A model generated the notes under the pieces. The model was not told the DNA's origin. It worked only from the letters and a program-made list of their open reading frames with translations, and ran no database searches. The translations under genes and the position numbers were made by a program. This document shows, in pieces, positions 42,201 to 50,946 of a DNA stretch of 64,000 bases; within the stretch, counting starts at the first letter, position 1, and every line of letters begins with the position of its first letter. Source of the DNA: Candidatus Hydrogenedentota bacterium (GTDB taxonomy: Bacteria; Hydrogenedentota; Hydrogenedentia; Hydrogenedentales; SLHB01). The stretch lies in the NCBI GenBank assembly GCA_045863335.1, contig BTVY01000003.1, positions 32,001 through 96,000 on the forward strand, given 5' to 3'.

Positions 42201-42539
42201 TTCGACGCCAATTCGAAGCAGGGAGACGAAGAGGTCCACGTTCCTGCGAGAGGCCCCCGAATCCACCGTCTGTTCAATCGGGATTTAGTGGAATTAGAGC
42301 ATCAAGGAACTCGTAGGATCTTCTACATACAGAAGATGTCTGCAAATCAAATTGCCCTGGCGGAGCACTTCGAGGCGAATGCGGATAGTCGAACACGGGA
42401 CAAGGAGGATCCGTTCCGGTTTGTCTACAAAGGGGGGGCAGAACAGTTGCGACGTTCCATGGCGCGATTTCTGGTGGTCACTCCAGCGGGCAAGATTCGC
42501 TACATTTCGGACCAACCCGATGATACGGCGAGCAGTTGA
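39249..42539 (+). CDS. cas9: Type II-C CRISPR endonuclease Cas9
   Basis: RuvC-I LDIGTNSIGW, Arg-rich bridge helix, RuvC-II IHVE, HNH IDHILP..N..N, RuvC-III HRNHALDA; 1096 aa. Confidence 0.98.
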   Translation: MTQYRLSLDIGTNSIGWCALTLEKTNERLHPVGILDMGVRVFPDGRNPKDGSSNAVKRRLARSMRRNRDRYLERRTRLLETLVELGLMPTGENERRRLVTLDPYALRARGLNERLTLFELGRAIFHLNQRRGFKSNRKQDAKDKESGIIKTAIQGQRSKMDAACARTYGEYLFLRRGKGEDVRARLRTVRITEDNGREKNQEYYDIYPSRENIEEELNTLWQTQAVYYPEALTEDGRKEIRNIIIDQRDLKKPAVGKCTFERDEDRAPKASPLVQRCRIYQELNHLTIIDTRTLKGRALRIEERDKLAALLCQPRGSKKTKPEVSFEKMRGILGFESSVFSLESDNRTGLEGDATSAFLAHKDRLGRRWYELSDEDQEGVVSALLDMSDEEELIEFLMDRFSLDREHAENTSNTFLPDGYSRLGKSATHKILSQLVDEVIPYSEAVVRAGYSSHSLFSTGDARERLPYYGQVLERHVVPDPEKGGHPAVSNEKRYGKVTNPTVHIALNQLRKVVNEIIKLYGKPAEIHVEVLRDLKNSIKRKREIEAEQKANKDINAECARRLREEFNLVVNRENIQRLRLFSELDPTNRVCVYSGGSITARNLFTPEVEIDHILPFSRTLDDSMSNRILCLREANRGKSNASPFEAWGNSNDWGDILSRSALLAKNKRWRFAEDAMARYEKEGDFIARQLTDSQYIAKLARAYLAVLYPQDSSHKVVCIPGRLTGMFRHHFGLDSVLDEVNPARKESGAPLGEKNRNDHRNHALDALIVGLMDRAFLQRAARANAIQEHAGVQGVLTGFEEPWSDFRASARDAIAKIVVSHKLDHGIEDALHNQTAYGFARRADSRGNAIHRIAVSDLKVTSIRYIRGRLLRSQLVAALSGLSQQEAYSLLEELDSGRNDPKTTLESICDSDGKGSKDIEMRAQAYFRSRGVRRIRLIEPIKLIPIRDKEGAVYKGFKPDRNAYLDVFESDNGGGWIGDPVTCFDANSKQGDEEVHVPARGPRIHRLFNRDLVELEHQGTRRIFYIQKMSANQIALAEHFEANADSRTRDKEDPFRFVYKGGAEQLRRSMARFLVVTPAGKIRYISDQPDDTASS

Positions 42540-43428
42540 AGTCTCGGGTGACGGTCGCCACATTCGCAAGGAACGCGGGTTCCTACTCGTGTGCGATAGA
42601 GACGGTGAGCTTGGTCGGTTTCCATTGGATGATTTGGAGGTCGTTCTATTTGCAGGTCATGGTATGACTTGCACAGGCGAAATTCTGAATACGCTTGCGG
42701 CTCGCTGCATACCTCTCGTGATATGTGACCAGCGGTATCTTCCTTCTTCACTGCTTTGGCCTGTGGAAAGTCATTCACTTCAATCTGGTCGCATCCGTGC
42801 TCAATCCGAATTGTCGGACGCTACGAGAAAGCGACTTTGGCGGCAAATTGTCCAGGCCAAGATTCGAAACCAGCACGAAGTCCTCACGCTATGCACCGGC
42901 ACGTTACATCCGAAACTTGTCGAACTTGCAAAGGGCGTTCGCTCAGGGGACGCATCCAATTCCGAAGGCGAGGCAGCGCGGTTCTATTGGCCTGCTTTAT
43001 TCGGACCCGGATTTCGTAGGGATCGCAATCGAGAGGGCACCAACGCGTTGCTCAACTACGGATACACCGTGCTTCGTGCGGCAGTCTCCCGGAGTGTCAT
43101 GATGGCGGGATTGCACCCCGCGTTTGGGCTACATCACAGGAATCAGCGAAATACCATGCCGTTAATTGATGATCTAATCGAGCCGTTCCGTCCGTATGTT
43201 GATCTCCTGGTTTTTGGCATCCAAGCCGGCGCAGAGGATAGGCCGCAACTGGACTCGCTGGCGAAGGAGCGGTTGATCGGAATTACCGGAATCGATTTGA
43301 CGTACAACAGTGTGGCAAGCCCTGTTTCGGAATGTCTGCTTCGGTTGGCGCGGTCGTTAGTCGACATCTGTGAAAGCAGAACTCAAAAACTGAAATTGCC
43401 GGATGGAGTTCACACGTTGGCGGAGTAG
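42520..43428 (+). CDS. cas1: CRISPR-associated Cas1
   Basis: MIRRAVEV start; SGD..N.EGEAARFYW, NALLNYGY, GLHH and DDLIEPFRP motifs. Confidence 0.96.
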   Translation: MIRRAVEVSGDGRHIRKERGFLLVCDRDGELGRFPLDDLEVVLFAGHGMTCTGEILNTLAARCIPLVICDQRYLPSSLLWPVESHSLQSGRIRAQSELSDATRKRLWRQIVQAKIRNQHEVLTLCTGTLHPKLVELAKGVRSGDASNSEGEAARFYWPALFGPGFRRDRNREGTNALLNYGYTVLRAAVSRSVMMAGLHPAFGLHHRNQRNTMPLIDDLIEPFRPYVDLLVFGIQAGAEDRPQLDSLAKERLIGITGIDLTYNSVASPVSECLLRLARSLVDICESRTQKLKLPDGVHTLAE

Positions 43429-43433
43429 CCTTT

Positions 43434-43787
43434 ATGTGCGATGGCAATTTGCCTATCACGCAGCGGAGCGGATATCGGATCATGTGGATGTTGACAATGT
43501 TCGATTTGCCGGTCGTGCACAAACTGGAACGTAAGGAGGCCACGCGATTTCGCCAGGACCTCTTGGATATGGGCTTCGAAATGGCGCAGTTCTCAGTCTA
43601 TATGCGGTGTTGCGTTACCCGGGAGAGAACAGACGCCCTGATCAACCGTGTCCGCAAATCACTCCCCACCGGAGGAAAGGTCGCAATTCTCCTGTTTACC
43701 GACAAACAGTATGAGAATATGCTGCACTTCATCGCTGGTAAGCCCGCCGTCCTTCCCTCAGTGGAAGGGCAACTCGCACTATTCTAG
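43434..43787 (+). CDS. cas2: CRISPR-associated Cas2
   Basis: YRIMWMLTMFDLPV, FEMAQFSVY and TDKQY motifs; no csn2 or cas4 follows. Confidence 0.96.
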   Translation: MCDGNLPITQRSGYRIMWMLTMFDLPVVHKLERKEATRFRQDLLDMGFEMAQFSVYMRCCVTRERTDALINRVRKSLPTGGKVAILLFTDKQYENMLHFIAGKPAVLPSVEGQLALF

Positions 43788-43870
43788 CCAGAACGCGACA
43801 GGGTCTGCCTGTTTCCGGTTGACACGAATCTACGGAAACCTCTGCCATAAAACGGCTTAGATGCCCCTCT

Positions 43871-46846
43871 ATTGTAGAAGGGCTGCAAAATGGGGTCAAG
43901 CCGCAACTTAGCCTTGCACACTGCCTTTAAAGCATCCATTGTAGAAGGGCTGCAAAATGGGGTCAAGCCGCAACGGCGCCGTGGTTCTGGATCAAACGCA
44001 GTTCATTGTAGAAGGGCTGCAAAATGGGGTCAAGCCGCAACGAGCGCGGTTTTGTCCCATAGCGTTCGAACATTGTAGAAGGGCTGCAAAATGGGGTCAA
44101 GCCGCAACTGGTCGTGAATATCCAAACCACGTGATCGGATTGAAGAAGGGCTGCACAATGGGGTCAAGCCGCAACATGCTCGCGGCCGTCGAGAAGCGCG
44201 CCAGCATTGTAGAAGGGCTGCAAAATGGGGTCAAGCCGCAACTATGCGTCGTTGATCTCAATGGGAACATTTATTGTAGAAGGGCTGCAAAATGGGGTCA
44301 AGCCGCAACTTTCCGACGCGCATAACGCAAGCCCCGATCATTGTAGAAGGGCTGCAAAATGGGGTCAAGCCGCAACATGACGGAATTCTTGAGCACCACG
44401 ACAAATTGTAGAAGGGCTGCAAAATGGGGTCAAGCCGCAACCAATGCATCGAGATCGCGTCAACGATGGGCATTGTAGAAGGGCTGCAAAATGGGGTCAA
44501 GCCGCAACGAGTTCTGCCAGCGCCCCGAGGAAGGTTCCATTGTAGAAGGGCTGCAAAATGGGGTCAAGCCGCAACAGGACGGTGCCCAGGGCCTGGGGGA
44601 ACACGATTGTAGAAGGGCTGCAAAATGGGGTCAAGCCGCAACCGCGAAGAGTGTCAGGCGATACTCGTCGGAATTGTAGAAGGGCTGCAAAATGGGGTCA
44701 AGCCGCAACAGTCGGACCCTGCATGATAAATTCACACTTATTGTAGAAGGGCTGCAAAATGGGGTCAAGCCGCAACAAATAAGTGACAGCAGTGCCGCCG
44801 GGATCGATTGTAGAAGGGCTGCAAAATGGGGTCAAGCCGCAACGGGATTTGTACTCGCGTTATAGGCGCTTGCATTGTAGAAGGGCTGCAAAATGGGGTC
44901 AAGCCGCAACACTGGTCCAGTTACATCGCCACCAGAAGCTATTGTAGAAGGGCTGCAAAATGGGGTCAAGCCGCAACACTATCAATAAGAGGCTGGCACC
45001 TCAGTAATTGTAGAAGGGCTGCAAAATGGGGTCAAGCCGCAACACTTCGGGCTTCCGGGTATCGCCTGCGACAATTGTAGAAGGGCTGCAAAATGGGGTC
45101 AAGCCGCAACAGCAAGGCAGATGATATCCGTGATTTGTATATTGTAGAAGGGCTGCAAAATGGGGTCAAGCCGCAACACCTTTGGAGGATTCCAGTCGTT
45201 ACCAAGTATTGTAGAAGGGCTGCAAAATGGGGTCAAGCCGCAACCTACCCAGGGGACGAGGAATGAAACGCTCGATTGTAGAAGGGCTGCAAAATGGGGT
45301 CAAGCCGCAACGTGGCAGTGAACAGATTCGGCCATCTCACGATTGTAGAAGGGCTGCAAAATGGGGTCAAGCCGCAACAGAAGGAAATGCAGGGGCTCAG
45401 GACGCAGGATTGTAGAAGGGCTGCAAAATGGGGTCAAGCCGCAACTGTTGGTCACGGGAGGGTACGACTGGCAGGATTGTAGAAGGGCTGCAAAATGGGG
45501 TCAAGCCGCAACCAATTAGGACAGCACACGCCACTGTGCAGATTGTAGAAGGGCTGCAAAATGGGGTCAAGCCGCAACAGCCTCCAAGCAAAGGGAACGC
45601 GACACCGAATTGTAGAAGGGCTGCAAAATGGGGTCAAGCCGCAACGGTCAACGCCTGTGTCCGCAGCTACCGTCGATTGTAGAAGGGCTGCAAAATGGGG
45701 TCAAGCCGCAACAATGCGAACGTCGTCCACAGCCCGTTGAATATTGTAGAAGGGCTGCAAAATGGGGTCAAGCCGCAACCCCGCGCTACAAGGAATTGTT
45801 CGCCATTCATTGTAGAAGGGCTGCAAAATGGGGTCAAGCCGCAACGCAATCGTATCGGCGCGGATATATCCCGTCATTGTAGAAGGGCTGCAAAATGGGG
45901 TCAAGCCGCAACAGTGCTACAGGTCTTCCTGTTGCGACGATCATTGTAGAAGGGCTGCAAAATGGGGTCAAGCCGCAACACGCCAGATAGAACTGAGCCG
46001 CCTCGGTTCATTGTAGAAGGGCTGCAAAATGGGGTCAAGCCGCAACCAAAGCTGTTAGCTTTTCTGCATAATGTTAATTGTAGAAGGGCTGCAAAATGGG
46101 GTCAAGCCGCAACGATCGGCAAGGCGTATTTGTTCCGCCTTGATTGTAGAAGGGCTGCAAAATGGGGTCAAGCCGCAACCCGTCGCTATCGACTGCGGTG
46201 AACGAGTCATTGTAGAAGGGCTGCAAAATGGGGTCAAGCCGCAACGGCTCAGGGCGGCGCGTGCAGGAGGTTAAAATTGTAGAAGGGCTGCAAAATGGGG
46301 TCAAGCCGCAACTCATTACCTGACCGCAACCTCCTGGGTCGTATTGTAGAAGGGCTGCAAAATGGGGTCAAGCCGCAACGGGCGGCTCGTGTACCTCGTC
46401 GTAGAATACATTGTAGAAGGGCTGCAAAATGGGGTCAAGCCGCAACTCGTGCGGGTTGTTCGGGTAGCGCCGGTTCATTGTAGAAGGGCTGCAAAATGGG
46501 GTCAAGCCGCAACGGCCGCCGCCAAAACGGATTCAACTGTCTAATTGTAGAAGGGCTGCAAAATGGGGTCAAGCCGCAACTCCCATGGCTGGTTGTTGTA
46601 CTGAAGCTCGATTGTAGAAGGGCTGCAAAATGGGGTCAAGCCGCAACTGTTTTTCGTGTAGTGTTTCCAGCTTGTAATTGTAGAAGGGCTGCAAAATGGG
46701 GTCAAGCCGCAACAAGCTACTGAAGGCGACGTAATTGCGCGATATTGTAGAAGGGCTGCAAAATGGGGTCAAGCCGCAACTTCCTTCACCGGGCCAGTAC
46801 AAGGAAACGATTGTAGAAGGGCTGCAAAATGGGGTCAAGCCGCAAC
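43871..46846 (-). CRISPR. CRISPR array: 45 repeats of 37 bp, 44 spacers of 28-30 bp
   Basis: Repeat on + strand ATTGTAGAAGGGCTGCAAAATGGGGTCAAGCCGCAAC; orientation inferred from tracrRNA pairing and the TACAAT end. Confidence 0.99.
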
Positions 46847-46964
46847 TGATCGAGGGTCAAATCGCGAACACCGGATAGCAACCCATCTGTGACGTTTTTG
46901 TGACGCGCCGAGTTTCTGCGGTCGTAAAGTACTGCGGGGCAAGTGCCCCGAGGTCATCGAACCT

Positions 46965-47002
46965 CTAAGGATTAGATGCGTGTTCGATTCACGCTCGGGG
47001 CA
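46965..47002 (+). repeat. att-like duplicate of the tRNA-Arg 3' half
   Basis: CTAAGGATTAGATGCGTGTTCGATTCACGCTCGGGGCA. Confidence 0.9.
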
Positions 47003-47175
47003 CTTGACTCCCTTTTGTCCTATGCTTGACAGGTCTTGCCTGGCCGGTTCTTGGGAGCGACCAACGTTGTAGCGAAATATTCCGGGTCGGAATATCGTTC
47101 TTTAGATGAAGGGTCGTTGAGAATCTCCGACGCAACGTTTGCAAAGGTCCAGACGATTCCCCAATCGAAAACTCC

Positions 47176-47844
47176 TTGGAGATCTACCCCATACAAAGCA
47201 ATACGCTCAAGCGATTTGGCAGTCAGCAGGGCGCCGCGGCCTATGCCGCAAAGTTTGAGTCGCAGTGGGTGGAACGCATCCGCAACGGCCACGAGCAACG
47301 GCTCGTCAATGACTTCCTTTCTATGATTCCCGCGTCCGATTTCTCAGGGTTCGTGTTGGATATGCCATGCGGCTTCGGCCGTTTTCTTCCGTCGTTGCGA
47401 GAGTTTGCGCCGCGCGTCGTCGAGGGTGACTGGAGCGGATCCATGTTGGAGATCGTCAGATCCCGACATCCAGGGATGGCCCCTGAGATGGTTCGGTCAT
47501 CGGCAACGACGCTTCCTTTCGCTTCTCGCAGTTTTAGCCTGGTCTTCTCAGTTCGCTTGTGTCACCACATTCAAACATTTGAGCAAAGACTAGAGTATCT
47601 TAGGGAAATCCAGCGAGTGTCGGAGCGCTGGATTATCGTCACGTACTTGGACGAGCACTCCTGACACAATGCCGTTCGGTCGAGACTGCGCCGGTGGAAG
47701 GGGAAACGTGCGACTTGGGGCATGTCGGCTGATGAGGTCGCTGGCGTTTTCGCTTCGGGCGGCTTTCAGGTAGTCCGGTCCGAAATGCTTTCAAAATTCC
47801 TGTCGAGCCAGCGCTACACCCTCTTGCGCCGAAACGGACGCTAG
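47176..47844 (+). pseudogene. Class I SAM methyltransferase interrupted by an in-frame TGA
   Basis: VLDMPCGFGR motif I and LPFA..F..VFS.R..HH; TGA at 47662-47664, after which the frame runs 59 more codons to TAG at 47844. Confidence 0.7.
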
Positions 47845-47922
47845 ATTCGTTTGCTCCCGCCGTCTCATTTCGAGATTTTCAAGCCGCGTGAACACGCTGA
47901 GGGTTCCCATGCATAATCGAGT

Positions 47923-48645
47923 ATGCGCAACGCGAATGCGCACGCGAAAGAGAGTATGGACACGAAGAAGTTTTCACGACACGCCCGCGGGCTTCAGGGC
48001 CTCACGCTGCTCTATGAAGACGAGGCAATTCTGGTCGTCGACAAATCGGCGGGACTCTTGACGGTAGGGACCGATAACGAGCGTACGAAGACGGCCTACT
48101 ATCGGCTCACCGATTACGTGCGGAAGGGAAACGCCAAGTCGCGGAACCGCATCTTCATCGTGCACCGCCTCGACCGGGAAGTCTCCGGGATTCTCGTCTT
48201 TGCCAAGACACCGGAAGCCAAAGAGCGCCTCCAGCGGCAATGGGACCAGACGGAGAAGAAGTACCTGGCCGTCGTCCACGGCCATCCGAAAGAAGATTCT
48301 GGCACGATTACCTCGTACCTCGCCGAGAACCGGGCTCATGTCGTCTACTCGACTCAGAACCAGAAGCTGGGGAAGTTGTCACACACCGGATACCGCGTAC
48401 TCAAGCAATCGCGCGAGTTCAGCCTGCTTGAAATCACGCTCATCACGGGACGAAAGCATCAAATCCGCGTACACCTCGCGGATATCCGGCATCCGATCGT
48501 AGGCGACAGGAAGTACGGCGAGAAAGACAAGGCGCACAAACGCATTGCGCTGCACGCGCTATCCATCGCATTCCGTCATCCGGTAAGCGGAGAGCAGGCC
48601 TTCTTTGAAACCACCGTCCCTGCCTATTTCAAGTCGCTGCTCTGA
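47923..48645 (+). CDS. RluA-family pseudouridine synthase
   Basis: VHRLDREVSG, TGRKHQIRVH, HPIVGD..Y and LHA motifs. Confidence 0.94.
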   Translation: MRNANAHAKESMDTKKFSRHARGLQGLTLLYEDEAILVVDKSAGLLTVGTDNERTKTAYYRLTDYVRKGNAKSRNRIFIVHRLDREVSGILVFAKTPEAKERLQRQWDQTEKKYLAVVHGHPKEDSGTITSYLAENRAHVVYSTQNQKLGKLSHTGYRVLKQSREFSLLEITLITGRKHQIRVHLADIRHPIVGDRKYGEKDKAHKRIALHALSIAFRHPVSGEQAFFETTVPAYFKSLL

Positions 48646-48684
48646 ATAACGGACGCCGCGTGCAAGACGGTCCCAGTCCAACAC

Positions 48685-48819
48685 CTACGCCTGAATCGCG
48701 GGCAGCAGCAAACCGATCAATATCCGCACAATCTCAAAAAAGACCTCGAGTATGCTGCCGGCACTATCGAGAATGCCGCCAATCACGATTGTCCCGCCGT
48801 CCGGAATGAGCACCTTCAT
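48685..48819 (-). CDS. 44-aa small protein MKVLIPDGGTIVIGGILDSAGSILEVFFEIVRILIGLLLPAIQA
   Basis: RBS AGGGAGG before ATG; C-terminus shared with the neighbouring small ORF. Confidence 0.7.
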   Translation of the reverse strand: MKVLIPDGGTIVIGGILDSAGSILEVFFEIVRILIGLLLPAIQA

Positions 48820-48958
48820 AGCCGCCTCCCTTGTTGTTGCCTTATCCAGTGTTGACCGTTGAACGTAGTTACAAACACCGAGACGCAACGTTTCAGGCCG
48901 GCACTTGCTCCGGCTCGCACGTCTGAGACAGCCTCGTGCCGTGACGGGAAGACAGCGT

Positions 48959-49087
48959 CTACTTCAAGGGTTCCCGAGGAATTTGAATTGCGGGCAGAAG
49001 CAGCCCGATCAAGATCTGGAAAATGATCGCCAGAATGCGCCCAAAATTATCCCGCCACACCTCGAAGTCTGATGCGTCGACCGACAT
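48959..49087 (-). CDS. 42-aa small protein MSVDASDFEVWRDNFGRILAIIFQILIGLLLPAIQIPREPLK
   Basis: RBS AGGGAGG 6 nt before ATG; below the ORF-track cutoff; shares ILIGLLLPAIQ with 48685-48819. Confidence 0.72.
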   Translation of the reverse strand: MSVDASDFEVWRDNFGRILAIIFQILIGLLLPAIQIPREPLK

Positions 49088-49237
49088 GTTAGTCCTCCCT
49101 TTCATGCGCTTGGCAGCGCCATTCCACGCTTGCGTTCCAGCACTTGCAGGAAGGAGTGTATCCTGAGTCCCGGCGATGCAACAAGGCGGTGATCGCGCCA
49201 GCCCGGCACGAGGAGTGATTGCGTTGGCGGCTGAACG

Positions 49238-50539
49238 CTACAACACCCATGGCGCGCGCATGGGGCGGGCGCACATGCCATTCGCGATGTCATCGTCCGC
49301 AAAACGTTCGGTCGACGGATCGAACTGAAGCGGACGTTGTAGCCGCCCGGCGATGTCCGCGATCATGCCGAAGTACGAAGCCCGCAATCCCGATTCAACC
49401 GGGGCGACCGGATCTCGGCGGCTCTTCACGGATGCCACGAAGTCGTGTTGGTGATGATCGCTGGCGTGCAGCCGCGTGTCGTCAGGGCCAAACCCGATCT
49501 CCAGCAGCGACGCCGGTTCCGATTTAATCCCCTGGCGGTTTACATGCACCCAGCCCTCGCTGCCAACAAAGCGACAGCCTTGCTCGTGCGGGTGGCCCGT
49601 GTCGGAGAAGCTCATACGGAGGCCATCGTTGTACACGTACTCCGCCTGCCACCCATTGATGTTGTCGGTCAATCCGTCGTTTCGGTAGTCCGCTGTGCAG
49701 GTCAGCTCAAACGGCTGCTCCGCCAGCCGCGGACAACCCCACAGGGCGATGTCGAGATGATGCACGCCCCAGTTCACGATGAATCCCGCGCAGTAGTCCC
49801 AGATCAGGTACCAGTCCGGCCAACTGATCCGTCCTTCGTTATAGGGTTTCATCGGCGCCGGACCCACGTACATGGCGTAATCGAAGCCCGGCGGCACGGG
49901 CTGCGGTCCGGTGTCTCCGGTATATTCTCGCTGGTAGGAGGGACCGGGCGCGGCCACTTCAACCGTATGAAGGTCGCCGAGGTAACCGTTTCGTGCCAGT
50001 TCACACGCGAGCCGGAAGTCCGCGCCGGAACGCTGCTGCGTACCGGTCTGGAAAATGACGTTGTTCTTCCGTACCGCCTCGCGGATGAGCTGACACTCAC
50101 GGACCGAAACGCCCAATGGTTTCTCGCAATAGATGTCCTTGCCGCGCGCTGCCGCCGCCGTCGCCATCAACGCGTGCCAGTGATCCTGCGGCGCGATTAG
50201 AACGGCATCCACATCGTCTCGCTCCAGGACTTCCCGGAAGTCGTTGTACTTCGCGCATCCGCCGTTACCTGACTCACGGTCGTAGAACGTGTTCACCGCC
50301 TGGGCGGCGCGTTCGCGCCACTCTTCCATCACGTTGCACACTGCAACAACCTCGATGTCCGCCTCAGGCAGGAACTCGCCCATGACCTGGGTCCCGCGCC
50401 GTCCTGCACCGAGCACGGCCAGGTTGACGCGATCGTTTGCCCCCTTGGCTCGTGCCGGCAAGATTAGCGGTGCCGCGACCGCAATCGCGGCCGTTCGCAG
50501 GAAATCTCGTCGTGTTGGATTGCCGTTGCGGGTTCGCAT
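49238..50539 (-). CDS. Tat-exported Gfo/Idh/MocA oxidoreductase
   Basis: TRRDFL signal; LGAGRRG, DHWH, YCEKP, QTGTQQRS and WGVHHLD motifs. Confidence 0.92.
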   Translation of the reverse strand: MRTRNGNPTRRDFLRTAAIAVAAPLILPARAKGANDRVNLAVLGAGRRGTQVMGEFLPEADIEVVAVCNVMEEWRERAAQAVNTFYDRESGNGGCAKYNDFREVLERDDVDAVLIAPQDHWHALMATAAAARGKDIYCEKPLGVSVRECQLIREAVRKNNVIFQTGTQQRSGADFRLACELARNGYLGDLHTVEVAAPGPSYQREYTGDTGPQPVPPGFDYAMYVGPAPMKPYNEGRISWPDWYLIWDYCAGFIVNWGVHHLDIALWGCPRLAEQPFELTCTADYRNDGLTDNINGWQAEYVYNDGLRMSFSDTGHPHEQGCRFVGSEGWVHVNRQGIKSEPASLLEIGFGPDDTRLHASDHHQHDFVASVKSRRDPVAPVESGLRASYFGMIADIAGRLQRPLQFDPSTERFADDDIANGMCARPMRAPWVL

Positions 50540-50669
50540 GATGATTCCCCCCTGAGTTGCGATGGTTCCGTTGTGAGAAATGTATCGTATTGCTGGGTCC
50601 ATACTGAAATGCGATGGTGCTCGCATGGACCCCACGCTTAAAACGCCCAAACGGAGTTTTGGTAATTGA

Positions 50670-50698
50670 TTGACATAAAATATGATTAGTGCTACTAT
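50670..50698 (+). promoter_or_regulatory. Sigma70-like promoter
   Basis: TTGACA-17bp-TACTAT in an AT-rich patch. Confidence 0.6.
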
Positions 50699-50946
50699 GC
50701 TTCGAGATAGGGGCGCGTCTGATGCGCGCAAAAAAGCGAGGTATCACCCATGATCTGCAATTTCCTGCAATACCTGGCCTTCGATTTGAACCTGATAGAT
50801 GTCCCTGTCCTCGGTCTCCTTATGGAGGGACTTCTGGGGCTCTTTGGATGCACCGTAGGCTAGTAGAACGCAGGTTCTAATCGCGTGCGGTAAGCGTAAT
50901 GTCCGGGTTCGCGGCCGCAGAGCGCAGCCGCGAGGAAAGGAAAAGT

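Larger units (their letters stand above)
39005..47002. mobile_element. tRNA-Arg-integrated genomic island carrying CRISPR-Cas9
   Basis: 38-bp direct repeat of the tRNA 3' half at 39005-39042 and 46965-47002 (36/38 identical). Confidence 0.75.

Noticed and set aside
43908-46809. Self-targeting or duplicated spacers
   Set aside because: None noticed by eye within the window, only a 9-nt overlap (TACAAGGAA) between two spacers; a real test needs alignment
43784-46838. Many 60-120 aa ORFs beginning MGSSRN or MTPFCSPST
   Set aside because: Translations of CRISPR repeats and spacers
46944-47002. Second functional tRNA gene
   Set aside because: No D arm or anticodon stem; treated as an att remnant
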